Source: Deltaproteobacteria bacterium (lineage in GTDB: Bacteria; Myxococcota_A; UBA9160; SZUA-336). From it: 64,000 nt of DNA. The notes below the pieces were generated by a model. That model was given only the letters and a program-made list of their open reading frames with translations. It searched no databases and was not told the origin of the DNA. The DNA lies in assembly GCA_029261895.1 (NCBI GenBank), contig JAJDAK010000067.1:12541-76540 (forward strand). Direction: 5' to 3'. Made by a program: the position numbers and the translations under genes. Shown piece after piece: positions 18,809 to 30,563 of this stretch. Within the stretch, counting starts at the first letter, position 1. Every line of letters starts with the position of its first letter.

Positions 18809-20685
18809 TCTACATTCCTGAAGACGAACTAAAGCGTGTGCGAGAACTCGGCAATAACACGGTGGATCGCACGGCGATCTTTGCCGATGTCTGCCGCATC
18901 AACACACTCTATATGATCGCGAATGCAGGCTCGGGGCATATCGGCAGCAGCTTCAGCAGCCTCGACATCGTTTCCCATCTGTTATTGAACGAAATGGATC
19001 CTGACCGCGACGTCTATTTCTCATCGAAGGGTCATGACGCACCCGGTTATTACGCAGCACTGATTGGCGCGGGCCAGCTCGAGTTCGAGTTGGTGCATCA
19101 GCTACGGCGGCTTGGCGGCTTACCCGGCCATCCGGATGTCTCCACACCTAATGTCGAGGCCAACACCGGCTCGCTCGGTATGGGAATTTCCAAAGCAAAG
19201 GGCATGGCGCTGGCCAACCGTGCGCACGGAAAACCCGGACAGACCTTCGTGATGACCGGGGATGGCGAACTTCAAGAAGGCCAGCTCTGGGAATCCTTAG
19301 CATCGGCCGCAAACCAGCAGATCGGTGAAATCACTGCGATTGTCGATCACAACAAGCTCCAATCCGATACCTACGTTTCTCACGTAAGCGACCTGGGCGA
19401 TCTCGAAGCGAAGTTTGCAAGTTTTGGCTGGGCAGTTGCGCGCTGCAACGGACATGACTTCCTTGCGCTCGCGGAAACTTTGCATTCGCTACGCGACGAT
19501 CCGCGTCCGGGCGTACTGATTGCCGATACGATCAAGGGACGCGGCGTTTCCTTTATGGAGCACCCGCGCTTCAAACCCGACGAACTCTACGCCTTCCACA
19601 GTGGCGCACCGAGCGTGGAGCATTATGAGAAAGCGCTTGCGGAGCTTTTGGATCGCACGAATGAACGCTTGTCCAATCTTGGGCTTGCGTCCCTGAACAC
19701 GCGGAGCCATGCGAGACCCAAGGCTCTCGCAGCCAAGCCCACTCAGAAATTGGTTGCCGCGTACGGCCGCGCGCTGGTTGAGCAGGGTCGACGGAACTCC
19801 GAACTGGTTGTACTCGACGGGGATTTGGTACTCGATACCGGATTGATTCCGTTTCGCGATGCCTTTCCCGACCGATTCTTTGAATGCGGCATCGCCGAAC
19901 AGGACATGGTCTCCCAAGCGAGTGGGATGGCGCTCAAAGGTTGGCTGCCCGCGGTGCATAGCTTTGCGTGTTTTCTGGCCGCGCGTCCCAACGAGCAGAT
20001 CTACAACGCGGCGACCGAAGGTCGCAAGATTCTCTACGTGGGTTCATTGGCTGGATTGCTGCCGGGAGGACCGGGGCATTCCCATCAGTCTGTACGCGAT
20101 ATTGCTGCACTCGCCGCGATGCCGGGTTTGATTCTGATTGAACCCGCGACCGAACGAGAAGTCGCCGCCGCGCTGGAATTCGCGCTGAATCAAACCGACG
20201 AAAGCGTTTACCTTCGACTCGTCACGGTACCCGTTGAAGTGTCGTTCGAGGTTCCCGACCTGCCACTCAAACTTGGCCACGGTCACTTGGTTCGAGATGG
20301 TAATGATGCGCTGCTGATCAGTTCGGGTCCGGTGATGCTCCGTGAAGCTATGCTTGCCGCAGAGAAGCTGCGAGACCAGTACGCGATCTCCCTGCGCATC
20401 ATGGATCTGCCCTGGCTGAATCGCATCGATGCCGATTGGCTCACAGAACAAACCCAAGGGTTCAAGCGTGTATTTACACTCGATAATCACTATTGGCTGG
20501 GCGGGCAGGGTCAATTGATCGCAAGCACGCTGGCCACAGCGGGAATCGGTGCAGGCCAACGCGTCGTTCCGTTTGCTGTGGAGAACGTGCCCGCATGTGG
20601 TACGGCGGATGAAGTCCTCCACGCGCATGGGCTGGACGCCGTGAGTCTTACCTCACGCATCGCGTCCGAACTCGGCGCTGCATGA
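18796..20685 (+). CDS. Transketolase-like TPP-dependent enzyme with the N-terminal TPP domain and the pyrimidine/C-terminal domains fused
   Basis: SGHIGSSFSSLDIV...KGHDAPGYYAALI matches the transketolase N domain. GIAEQDMVSQASGMALKG matches the pyrimidine-binding domain. It likely starts with GTG overlapping the NeuA-like stop. Confidence 0.65.
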   Translation: MSELIYIPEDELKRVRELGNNTVDRTAIFADVCRINTLYMIANAGSGHIGSSFSSLDIVSHLLLNEMDPDRDVYFSSKGHDAPGYYAALIGAGQLEFELVHQLRRLGGLPGHPDVSTPNVEANTGSLGMGISKAKGMALANRAHGKPGQTFVMTGDGELQEGQLWESLASAANQQIGEITAIVDHNKLQSDTYVSHVSDLGDLEAKFASFGWAVARCNGHDFLALAETLHSLRDDPRPGVLIADTIKGRGVSFMEHPRFKPDELYAFHSGAPSVEHYEKALAELLDRTNERLSNLGLASLNTRSHARPKALAAKPTQKLVAAYGRALVEQGRRNSELVVLDGDLVLDTGLIPFRDAFPDRFFECGIAEQDMVSQASGMALKGWLPAVHSFACFLAARPNEQIYNAATEGRKILYVGSLAGLLPGGPGHSHQSVRDIAALAAMPGLILIEPATEREVAAALEFALNQTDESVYLRLVTVPVEVSFEVPDLPLKLGHGHLVRDGNDALLISSGPVMLREAMLAAEKLRDQYAISLRIMDLPWLNRIDADWLTEQTQGFKRVFTLDNHYWLGGQGQLIASTLATAGIGAGQRVVPFAVENVPACGTADEVLHAHGLDAVSLTSRIASELGAA

Positions 20686-22391
20686 ATCAGCTCTTTCGCA
20701 ACTACCTCAAACAGGCGGGGTGGTTCCGTCCGGCTCGACTCATGCGTCATCATCGTCAACAGCGACAAGGTCATCCGGATTGGACACGGATTCTCGACCG
20801 TGACCGTTCGGAATGGGAGGCCGCCCTGGAGCGGTCACGTAGCGGACCCAAGGTGTTGATCGCGACCAGTTTTGGCGGGCATCTCGCCGTAACACCCGTG
20901 GAGAGTATGCTCGCCGTCGCACTCACATTACGGGGTGCGCGCCCGGAAATCCTACTCTGCGATTCCGCTCTGCCAGCCTGCATGGCATGCGAAGTCAGTT
21001 GGTACCCGAATCAAGAAGCGTTTCTTGAGTTCGGACCCAAACCAGATCTTTGCAAAGAATGTTTCAAGCCTGCACATCACATGTATCAGGGCGCGGGGTT
21101 TCGCGTACACCGCTACAGCGATTGGTTGGCTACAGCCGACCACACGCGTGCCGAGGAAATTCTCGATGAAACGCCCTACGCATCGATTCCCGCTTTGGTG
21201 GTCGATGGAATTGCGGTCGGCGAGCACGCCATGGCGGGCACCTTGCGCTTTTTCGCACGCGGCACGCTCGACGCCGAGCAACACGCCGAAAGTGTTTTAC
21301 GGCGCTATCTGCATGCGGCACTGTTGACAACGTTTTCGACACAGCATCTTTTGGCAGATCACCCATTCGAAACGGCAGTTTTCCATCACGGGATCTACGT
21401 GCCACAGGGATTGATCGGAGAGGTCGCGAGAAAATTCCACACGCGAGTCGTAAACTGGCATCCCGCATACCGCAAGAAGAGTTTCCTCTTCAGTCACGGC
21501 GACACCTACCACCAGACATTGCTGCATGAACCCACCAGTGAGTGGGAAAACATGGAATGGAACGCAGAGCTCGAGTCGGAGACCCTACGGTACCTCGAGA
21601 GCCGCTGGACCGGGCACGAGGACTGGATCTGGTTTCATGAGAACCCAAGCTTTGATCTGGATGAATTGACGCAAGACATTGGCGTAGATTTACAACGCCC
21701 CTGCATCGGCCTGATGACCAACGTGGCTTGGGACGCTCAGCTGCACTACGACGCCAACGCCTTCCCGGATATGTTGAGCTGGTTGTTTGCAACCATCGAA
21801 CATTTCCGCGGTCGACCGGAACTGCAGCTGATCATTCGTGTGCATCCGGCGGAGTTGCGAGGAGCATTACCGTCGCGTCAAAAGGTCGTCGATGAACTCC
21901 GCGGGGCATTCCCGACATTACCATCGAATGTATTCGTCATCGGACCGGAGAGTCGGCTGAGCACCTATGCCGTCATGGCGCGTTGCGACTCGATCCTCAT
22001 CTACGGCACCAAGGCGGGGATCGAACTCACAAGCTTGGGCGTACCCGTGATCACCGCGGGCGAAGCTTTCATTCGTAACAAGGGCATCACGTTGGACGCC
22101 AAGTCGAGCGAGGACTATTTCGAACTGCTGCAGAAGCTACCGCTCGGGGAACGCCTGGTTGACGCCGAGTTGGAACGCGCACGGAAGTACGCGTTTCACT
22201 TTTTCTTCCGGCGCATGATCCCATTGGAGTTCATGGAGCCCACGGGGGCGTATCCGCCATACCGTATCGCCACCGATAGCATCGAGCCATTCTTGCCCGG
22301 ACGCAGTCGCGGCCTCGACATCATCTGCGACGGCATTTTGAAGGGCACGAGCTTCGTCTACCCGGCAGAGGAACTACTCCGCGGCGTTTAA
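20682..22391 (+). CDS. KpsS/KpsC (Capsule_synth)/TagF-like GT-B protein, paralog D (569 aa)
   Basis: The C-terminal half reads LIIRVHPAELRG...STYAVMARCDSILIYGTKAGIELTSLGVPVI. It resembles the KpsS HHP...AVVTINSTAGISAL block and the R.HP...NTSA blocks of paralogs A to C. Confidence 0.55.
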   Translation: MNQLFRNYLKQAGWFRPARLMRHHRQQRQGHPDWTRILDRDRSEWEAALERSRSGPKVLIATSFGGHLAVTPVESMLAVALTLRGARPEILLCDSALPACMACEVSWYPNQEAFLEFGPKPDLCKECFKPAHHMYQGAGFRVHRYSDWLATADHTRAEEILDETPYASIPALVVDGIAVGEHAMAGTLRFFARGTLDAEQHAESVLRRYLHAALLTTFSTQHLLADHPFETAVFHHGIYVPQGLIGEVARKFHTRVVNWHPAYRKKSFLFSHGDTYHQTLLHEPTSEWENMEWNAELESETLRYLESRWTGHEDWIWFHENPSFDLDELTQDIGVDLQRPCIGLMTNVAWDAQLHYDANAFPDMLSWLFATIEHFRGRPELQLIIRVHPAELRGALPSRQKVVDELRGAFPTLPSNVFVIGPESRLSTYAVMARCDSILIYGTKAGIELTSLGVPVITAGEAFIRNKGITLDAKSSEDYFELLQKLPLGERLVDAELERARKYAFHFFFRRMIPLEFMEPTGAYPPYRIATDSIEPFLPGRSRGLDIICDGILKGTSFVYPAEELLRGV

Positions 22392-22775
22392 TCGTGCTTC
22401 CGCGCGGTCGAGTTCGTCGCGCGCGATTTGCACCTCTTCGGGCGGCGATTGCACACCGATCCGCTCGAGTTCGTTCCGTGCACGATCCACCGCTTGCTCC
22501 GCACGTGCACGATCGATCTGATTCGAGACCTCCGCAGTCCGAGCCAAGATCGTTGCGCGTTCTTGAGTCACTTCCGCGAACCCGCCCGAAACTGCAACGC
22601 GATGCGTTTCACCAGCCACCCGATATTCGACAACGCCGGCGCGCAACGGAGCAAGGAACGCTTCGTGTTCTGCGAGCACACCAAATTGACCCTCGGTTCC
22701 GGGGATCACCACGGAATCGACGTCGAGCTCCACAATCGGGCTCTCGGGCGTAACGATGCTGAGATGGGTCGCCAT
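22374..22775 (-). CDS. atpC: F1 ATP synthase epsilon subunit
   Basis: IVTPESPIVELDVDSVVIPGTEGQFGVL is a typical epsilon N-terminus. It lies downstream of atpD. Confidence 0.85.
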   Translation of the reverse strand: MATHLSIVTPESPIVELDVDSVVIPGTEGQFGVLAEHEAFLAPLRAGVVEYRVAGETHRVAVSGGFAEVTQERATILARTAEVSNQIDRARAEQAVDRARNELERIGVQSPPEEVQIARDELDRAEARLNAAE

Positions 22776-22780
22776 GTGAC

Positions 22781-25079
<2,299 letters not shown>

Positions 25080-25105
25080 GTTTCAATCTCTCCAGCGAGT
25101 TGGTG

Positions 25106-26644
25106 TTAGTTCAACTGTTTCGATGGCTGAAAGTTTTCTGCAAACGAATCCAACGCTGCATCCAACTTGGTCTTCACTTCATCCGTCAGCTTTCCGCTCG
25201 AGCGGATTTCGTCAAGAATTTGAGAATGTTTGCTTTCGATCAACTCGACTAGCTCTTCGCCAAAGCGCGTCACGTCTTCGACCGGTATGCCGAGAACCCA
25301 TGAAGGTCGATCGTCGGTCGCGGTCGCCGCATAAATCTGCACCACTTGGTGTTCAACGGGCAATGGCTTGTACTGCGGCTGACGCAACATCACGGTGAGG
25401 CGCTGACCGTTCGCAAGCTGATCTTGAGTGGTCTTATCGAGATCACTGCCAAACTGCGCAAAAGCTTCAACCTCTCGGTACTGTGCGAGCGACACGCGCA
25501 ATCCGCCCGCAACGCCCTTCATCGCTTTCACCTGCGCGGCACCGCCGACGCGGGAAACCGAAACACCGGCGTTCATGGCTGGGCGCTGGCCTGAGTTAAA
25601 GAGGTCTGTCTCAAGAAAGATCTGACCATCGGTAATTGAAATCACGTTGGTCGGAATATAGTCCGACACGTCGCCGGCTTGCGTTTCAATAATCGGCAAT
25701 GCGGTTAAGCTGCCACCACCCTCGGCGTCACTCATCTTCGCGGCACGCTCAAGCAAGCGTGAATGCAGATAGAAAACATCGCCGGGATAGGCTTGGCGTC
25801 CCGGTGGGCGCCGAAGCAACAATGCCATCTGACGGTAGGCGGTGGCTTGCTTGGAAAGATCGTCGTAGATGATCAGCGCGTGCTGGCCGCTATCGCGAAA
25901 CCATTCGCCCATGGTGCAACCCGTGTAAGGCGCCATGAACTGCAGCGGTGCCGGATCGGATGCACAAGCCGCAACCACGATGGTGTAATCCATCGCGCCG
26001 TGCTCACTGAGCTTCTCGACCACTTGGGCAACCGTCGACTGCTTCTGTCCGATCGCGACGTAAATGCAAAACACACCCGTTTCGCGTTGATTGATGATGG
26101 TATCGATGGCGATCGCGGTCTTGCCCGTTTGGCGGTCGCCGATGATGAGCTCGCGCTGACCGCGACCGATCGGTGTCATCGCATCGATGCACTTAAGACC
26201 CGTCTGCAACGGTTCCTCTACCGGCTGACGACTGACGATGCCCGGTGCTTTGACTTCAACACGACGAGATTCGCTGGATTCGATCGGACCTTTTCCGTCG
26301 ATCGCTTTCCCCAGGCCGTCGACGACTCGGCCGAGCAAACCTTTACCGACGGGAACCTGCAAGATTTCTCCGGTGCGGCGCACGATATCGCCTTCACGAA
26401 TCTTGCTATCGCCGCCCATGATGGCAATGCCGACGTTGTCCTCTTCCAGGTTCAACACCAAGCCTTGGACCCCGGCAGAAAACTCGACAAGTTCACCCAT
26501 GGCCGCATTCTCAAGACCATAAACACGCGCAACACCGTCACCCACCGAAAGCACGGTTCCAGTTTCCGCTACATCGATCTCTCGTTCGTAGTCACGAATC
26601 TGGCGTCGAATAATGTCGCTGATTTCGGCCGCTTTGATCTTCAT
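25106..26644 (-). CDS. atpA: F1 ATP synthase alpha subunit
   Basis: [18 protein letters not shown] is the Walker A motif. Full-length alpha subunit. Confidence 0.95.
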   Translation of the reverse strand: MKIKAAEISDIIRRQIRDYEREIDVAETGTVLSVGDGVARVYGLENAAMGELVEFSAGVQGLVLNLEEDNVGIAIMGGDSKIREGDIVRRTGEILQVPVGKGLLGRVVDGLGKAIDGKGPIESSESRRVEVKAPGIVSRQPVEEPLQTGLKCIDAMTPIGRGQRELIIGDRQTGKTAIAIDTIINQRETGVFCIYVAIGQKQSTVAQVVEKLSEHGAMDYTIVVAACASDPAPLQFMAPYTGCTMGEWFRDSGQHALIIYDDLSKQATAYRQMALLLRRPPGRQAYPGDVFYLHSRLLERAAKMSDAEGGGSLTALPIIETQAGDVSDYIPTNVISITDGQIFLETDLFNSGQRPAMNAGVSVSRVGGAAQVKAMKGVAGGLRVSLAQYREVEAFAQFGSDLDKTTQDQLANGQRLTVMLRQPQYKPLPVEHQVVQIYAATATDDRPSWVLGIPVEDVTRFGEELVELIESKHSQILDEIRSSGKLTDEVKTKLDAALDSFAENFQPSKQLN

Positions 26645-27180
26645 CGCGATCCCTTCTCCAAGCTCCCGGCCAGGGAACCCAACTGTGTTTTCACACTACC
26701 GTCGAGCAGCAGATCACCCACACGGGCGACAACACCGCCGATTAAGCTTTCATCAACCTTCACCTTGAGATTCACCTGCGCGTTGACGCGCTGTGAAAGA
26801 GCGGCACGAATCGATTCCACTTCACTCTCGTCGAGCGCGCGGGCAGAAACAAGCTCCGCATCCACCTGGCCCGCGGCAGCTTGCACCTGCTTTCGCAGTT
26901 CGTCGCGAATCGCAGGTAGCAACGCGACGCGATTCTCATCGACAAGAATCATCGCAAACGTACGCATCTCTGGCGCGATCTCTAGCTTCTCCGCCAACTC
27001 CGCGATCAAGCCACGGCGTTCCGCCCGCGGATGAATCGGCGTAAAGAGTGCCCGCTCCAACTCGGGACTTCCGGTCACGGTTCCCGTTAGCAGATCAATC
27101 TGACTGAGCAGATCTGCCGCGTCGCCAAGACCGAATACCGCACGCGCGTAACGCCGTGCAATCGCACCACCCTTGATCAC
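26641..27180 (-). CDS. atpH: F1 ATP synthase delta (OSCP) subunit
   Basis: Its position is between atpF and atpA. The YARAVF N-terminus is typical. Confidence 0.8.
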   Translation of the reverse strand: MIKGGAIARRYARAVFGLGDAADLLSQIDLLTGTVTGSPELERALFTPIHPRAERRGLIAELAEKLEIAPEMRTFAMILVDENRVALLPAIRDELRKQVQAAAGQVDAELVSARALDESEVESIRAALSQRVNAQVNLKVKVDESLIGGVVARVGDLLLDGSVKTQLGSLAGSLEKGSR

Positions 27181-27737
27181 GCGCGTTCCTCCACTTTCTG
27201 GATGTATTCCCCGACCAGGCGACGATCGATGTCCAGAGTCATTTTCTCGCGCAGAATCTCACCCGCCATAGAGATGGCGAGATTTGAAGCTTCGCGCTGC
27301 AGTTCACCGCGAGCGCGCGAGACCTCTTGCGTGGCCACGATACTTGCTTCATTCCGAATTCGCGTCGCTTGTTCCTCCGCACGTTCCATGATTCGCGCAG
27401 CGCTCGCGCGCGCTTGTTCTTCGGCATCCCCCACCATGCGGTTGGCTTCGGCTTCAAAACCATCGAGGCGTTCACGGATTTCTTTGAGATCTGCTTCCGC
27501 GCGGCGCAGACGATCCTGCGAATCTTCAAGGCGATCGCGGATGGCTGCCGCACGATTTTTCAGAAACTCCTGCAATGGCTGACGTGCAAAACGAAACAGC
27601 ACGAACGCCAACACGAACACGTTGATGATCTGCAGGATGAGCAGACGCCAGTTTGGCTCGGCATGGGCTTCACTCGCGGCAGCTGCGTCCCCCGCGATAC
27701 CGAAGATCAGCAGAACGAGTGCTGTAGCTCGGATCAT
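27177..27737 (-). CDS. atpF: F0 ATP synthase subunit b
   Basis: One N-terminal transmembrane segment is followed by a long charged coiled coil. Position within the operon supports the call. Confidence 0.75.
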   Translation of the reverse strand: MIRATALVLLIFGIAGDAAAASEAHAEPNWRLLILQIINVFVLAFVLFRFARQPLQEFLKNRAAAIRDRLEDSQDRLRRAEADLKEIRERLDGFEAEANRMVGDAEEQARASAARIMERAEEQATRIRNEASIVATQEVSRARGELQREASNLAISMAGEILREKMTLDIDRRLVGEYIQKVEERA

Positions 27738-28399
27738 GAGTCACTCCGCAATAACTTGTCTGCGATATCGCGCGCAATCACGCGCGCATCGTTGTGTAGC
27801 ACCGCGCGCGACGCAACGAGCTCTTCGCCTACAGCGTTACGTACCTTATCGACTTCGGTCGTTGCCGCATCACGCGCAGATGCAATCAATTCCCGTTCCC
27901 TCTGCTCGGCCTCACTGAGAATACGGCGACGTGCATCGGTGACTCGATCCCCAACCTGCTCGAGACGCGTGCCAAGCTCACGCTCCGCGCGTGCCGCTTC
28001 GGCCGCCACCGCTTCCGCCTGATCGGATGCCCCCGCGGTTTGTTCGTCCCGCAGGGCCAAAGTGCGAACCAGCGGATCGATCAAGAACTTTTTGGTGGGA
28101 ATCATCAGTAGCAGGAACAGAACGATGTTCATTCCAACACGCGTAGGATTGATGTCGAAAAGGCCTCCGCCCCCCGCCGCCCAAACCGGGCCCGCTAGGC
28201 TGACGCCCAAGACAATCCATGCAATCTGATTCTTTACGCTCCGCAAGCTGCCCTGTCCCGTGCTGCCCGTCGATAATCCGGATAGAAATGGGAGGAAGAA
28301 ATAGGCCTGACCGAGATTCCCCGCGGCAGACCAGATCAAATCCGTAGCACCGAATGCCGCCGACGTGGTCGGCCCTCTGCGCGGCCCGGAGTATCGCAA
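27734..28399 (-). CDS. F0 ATP synthase subunit b'. The true start is probably internal, near 28230.
   Basis: LFDINPTRVGMNIVLFLLLMIPTKKFL is a b-subunit N-terminus followed by a coiled coil. It forms a tandem pair with atpF. Confidence 0.65.
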   Translation of the reverse strand: MRYSGPRRGPTTSAAFGATDLIWSAAGNLGQAYFFLPFLSGLSTGSTGQGSLRSVKNQIAWIVLGVSLAGPVWAAGGGGLFDINPTRVGMNIVLFLLLMIPTKKFLIDPLVRTLALRDEQTAGASDQAEAVAAEAARAERELGTRLEQVGDRVTDARRRILSEAEQRERELIASARDAATTEVDKVRNAVGEELVASRAVLHNDARVIARDIADKLLRSDS

Positions 28400-28430
28400 A
28401 GACGGAGTTCAAGTCAACGCGATAAAGCGC

Positions 28431-28796
28431 TTATTCCGCCTTTGCTTGGGGGTTTGGGATAGCCATCGGAGTACCCGTCATTTGAATCTTGGCGTTTAGC
28501 CGCGAACCCTCGTCCATCTGTAGCCTCGGTGCCATCACCGTACCCTCCACAACACCCGTCGCACCGACTTCGACGCGCTCCCGCGCAGCGATATCGCCGA
28601 TCACAGTGCCATAGACCACCAAGCTGCCGACATCGAGCCGGGCTTCGACACGACCCGTCTCGCCGACCACCAAGGTACCGTCGGCACTGACCTCGCCCGA
28701 GAAATGGCCGTCGATCCGGACCAACCCTTGAAACGAGACTTTCCCCTGAAACGAAGTCCCGCTGTCTAAAAACGCTTTCAATGACGGATCACTCAT
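28431..28796 (-). CDS. Bactofilin (DUF583) cytoskeletal protein
   Basis: A repetitive beta-helical pattern of G.V.G.V / G...G.V..DG repeats. It overlaps the parB stop by 4 nt. Confidence 0.7.
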   Translation of the reverse strand: MSDPSLKAFLDSGTSFQGKVSFQGLVRIDGHFSGEVSADGTLVVGETGRVEARLDVGSLVVYGTVIGDIAARERVEVGATGVVEGTVMAPRLQMDEGSRLNAKIQMTGTPMAIPNPQAKAE

Positions 28797-29704
28797 GACT
28801 CACCTCCAAACAATCGTTCGGTCAATCGTTCCAACTCGGCCTCGCCGAAATAATGCAGTTCAACACGGCCTCGGTTCCGTTTTCCGACGATCCGAACCCG
28901 AGTCTGCAGTTCGCGACGCATGCGTTCTTCTAGGTCAACGATGTGAACGTCACGCGATGGCCCCGGTCGAGCTGTTTTTGACGCACTACTTGGTGCGTCA
29001 TCTGACGCGACGCGTCTAGACAGTTCTTCGGCGGCACGCACCGACAGGCCTTGCCGTTTGATCTGATCACGTACTAAAACTCGTGATTCTTCGGGCGCTT
29101 GCAAGATCGCCTTGGCGTGGCCCATGGTGAGATGCTGATCGATCAGCTCCTGCTGAATTGACGCATGGAGTTCTAAAAGCCGTAAATGGTTTGCGACCGT
29201 CGAGCGATCCAGACCAACGCGTCGACCCACTTCTTCCTGCGTCATGCCCTCACTGTCGATCAAAACCGCAAAGGCGTTGGCGAGTTCGACCGGGTTCAAA
29301 TCAGCACGCTGCACGTTTTCCACCAACGCCATTTCAACCACGATTCGATCGGTCGCATCGGTAATGACAACGGGAACGGTGTCGAGTCCGGCCATTTGCG
29401 ATGCGCGCCAACGTCGCTCGCCGATGATGAGTTCATAGCCATCACCGCGGCGCCGAACAACCAAGGGCTGCAGGATGCCCTGCTCGCGAATCGATGCCGA
29501 GAGCGATGATAACTCCTGGTCACGAAAGGATTTTCTTGGTTGATTGGGGTTAGGTGCAACCTTCGAAATTGGGACAAAAAGTGGCCCAGCATCCGCGCTT
29601 TGGTCCGACCTTTCGCTCGAAAGCGGCGCAGCTGCCGCCTTGCTCGACGGTGTCGGTGGGATCAGCGCTGATAGCCCGCGCCCCAGGGCTTTACGTGCTG
29701 CCAT
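28793..29704 (-). CDS. parB: Chromosome partitioning protein ParB
   Basis: LQPLVVRRRGDGYELIIGERRWRAS is the ParB box. An HTH region is present. Confidence 0.9.
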   Translation of the reverse strand: MAARKALGRGLSALIPPTPSSKAAAAPLSSERSDQSADAGPLFVPISKVAPNPNQPRKSFRDQELSSLSASIREQGILQPLVVRRRGDGYELIIGERRWRASQMAGLDTVPVVITDATDRIVVEMALVENVQRADLNPVELANAFAVLIDSEGMTQEEVGRRVGLDRSTVANHLRLLELHASIQQELIDQHLTMGHAKAILQAPEESRVLVRDQIKRQGLSVRAAEELSRRVASDDAPSSASKTARPGPSRDVHIVDLEERMRRELQTRVRIVGKRNRGRVELHYFGEAELERLTERLFGGES

Positions 29705-30468
29705 TTTGGATCCTTTCTAATAGCTCCTCCGCAAGTTGGAGATAACTAATGGCTCCTTTGGAGTTGATGTCATAAAGCAGCGCGGGCTTGCCATGGCTCG
29801 GTGCCTCGGAAAGTCGGACGTTGCGAGGAATCACGGTTTTGAAAACCAAGTCCCCGAAATGCTCCCGCGCTTCAAGCACAACCTGGGTTGAGAGGTTATT
29901 GCGCTGATCTCGCATCGTGAGTAGCAGGCCTTCGACCCGTAAATCTGGGTTGAGCGTGCCTTTGACCAGCTCGATGGTCTGCATCAGCCCAGCCAAACCC
30001 TCGAGCGCGAGATACTCACATTGCAGCGGCACCAGGACGGTATCTGCCGCAACCAACGCATTGAGCGTCAGCAGACCCAGCGACGGCGGGGTATCGATCA
30101 GGATGATTTCGTAGTCATCCCAGACCCCGGCAATCTGCTTTCGTAGTCGATATTCGCGCTCCGTCGCGGTCGCGAGCTCGATCTCCGCACCCACAAGATC
30201 CGAGGTTGTGGGGACCAGATGTAAAAATCGCAGCGGGGTTTCGAGGATCAACTCGGAAAACTTGGCGATTCCGACGAGCCCGTCGTATGAGCCCTGCTTC
30301 ACGTCAGCGGGCAGGTATCCGAGGCTGGAGGTCGCATTTGCCTGTGGATCGAAGTCGATCAGCAGCGTGCGGCGTTCCGCGGCGGCCAAAGACGCAGCGA
30401 GATTAACAGCGGTGGTCGTCTTGCCGACTCCGCCTTTTTGATTCGCCACTGCAATGACTCGTGCCATT
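29691..30468 (-). CDS. parA: Chromosome partitioning ATPase ParA/Soj. The start is trimmed to MARVIAV.
   Basis: VIAVANQKGGVGKTTTAVNLAASLA is the deviant Walker A motif. The ORF-track N-terminal extension is implausible. A G-rich ribosome-binding site precedes the chosen ATG. Confidence 0.85.
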
Positions 30469-30507
30469 CCACCCCCCGATGGCTCCAATGTCGGGAGTTT
30501 ACATGAA

Positions 30508-30523
30508 TGTTCCACGTGAAAGG
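30508..30523. promoter_or_regulatory. parS-like site 1 upstream of parA
   Basis: TGTTCCACGTGAAAGG compared with the consensus TGTTTCACGTGAAACA, 3 mismatches. Confidence 0.4.
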
Positions 30524-30547
30524 AGCAGAACCTTTCGTCATTTGATG

Positions 30548-30563
30548 TGTTCCACGCGAAACT
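30548..30563. promoter_or_regulatory. parS-like site 2 upstream of parA
   Basis: TGTTCCACGCGAAACT compared with the parS consensus, 3 mismatches. It lies 40 bp from site 1. Confidence 0.35.

Noticed and set aside
25763-27034. 423-aa plus-strand ORF antisense to atpA and atpH
   Set aside because: It is opposite two unambiguous ATP synthase genes. Its composition is Arg-, Ala- and Ser-rich and looks like noise.
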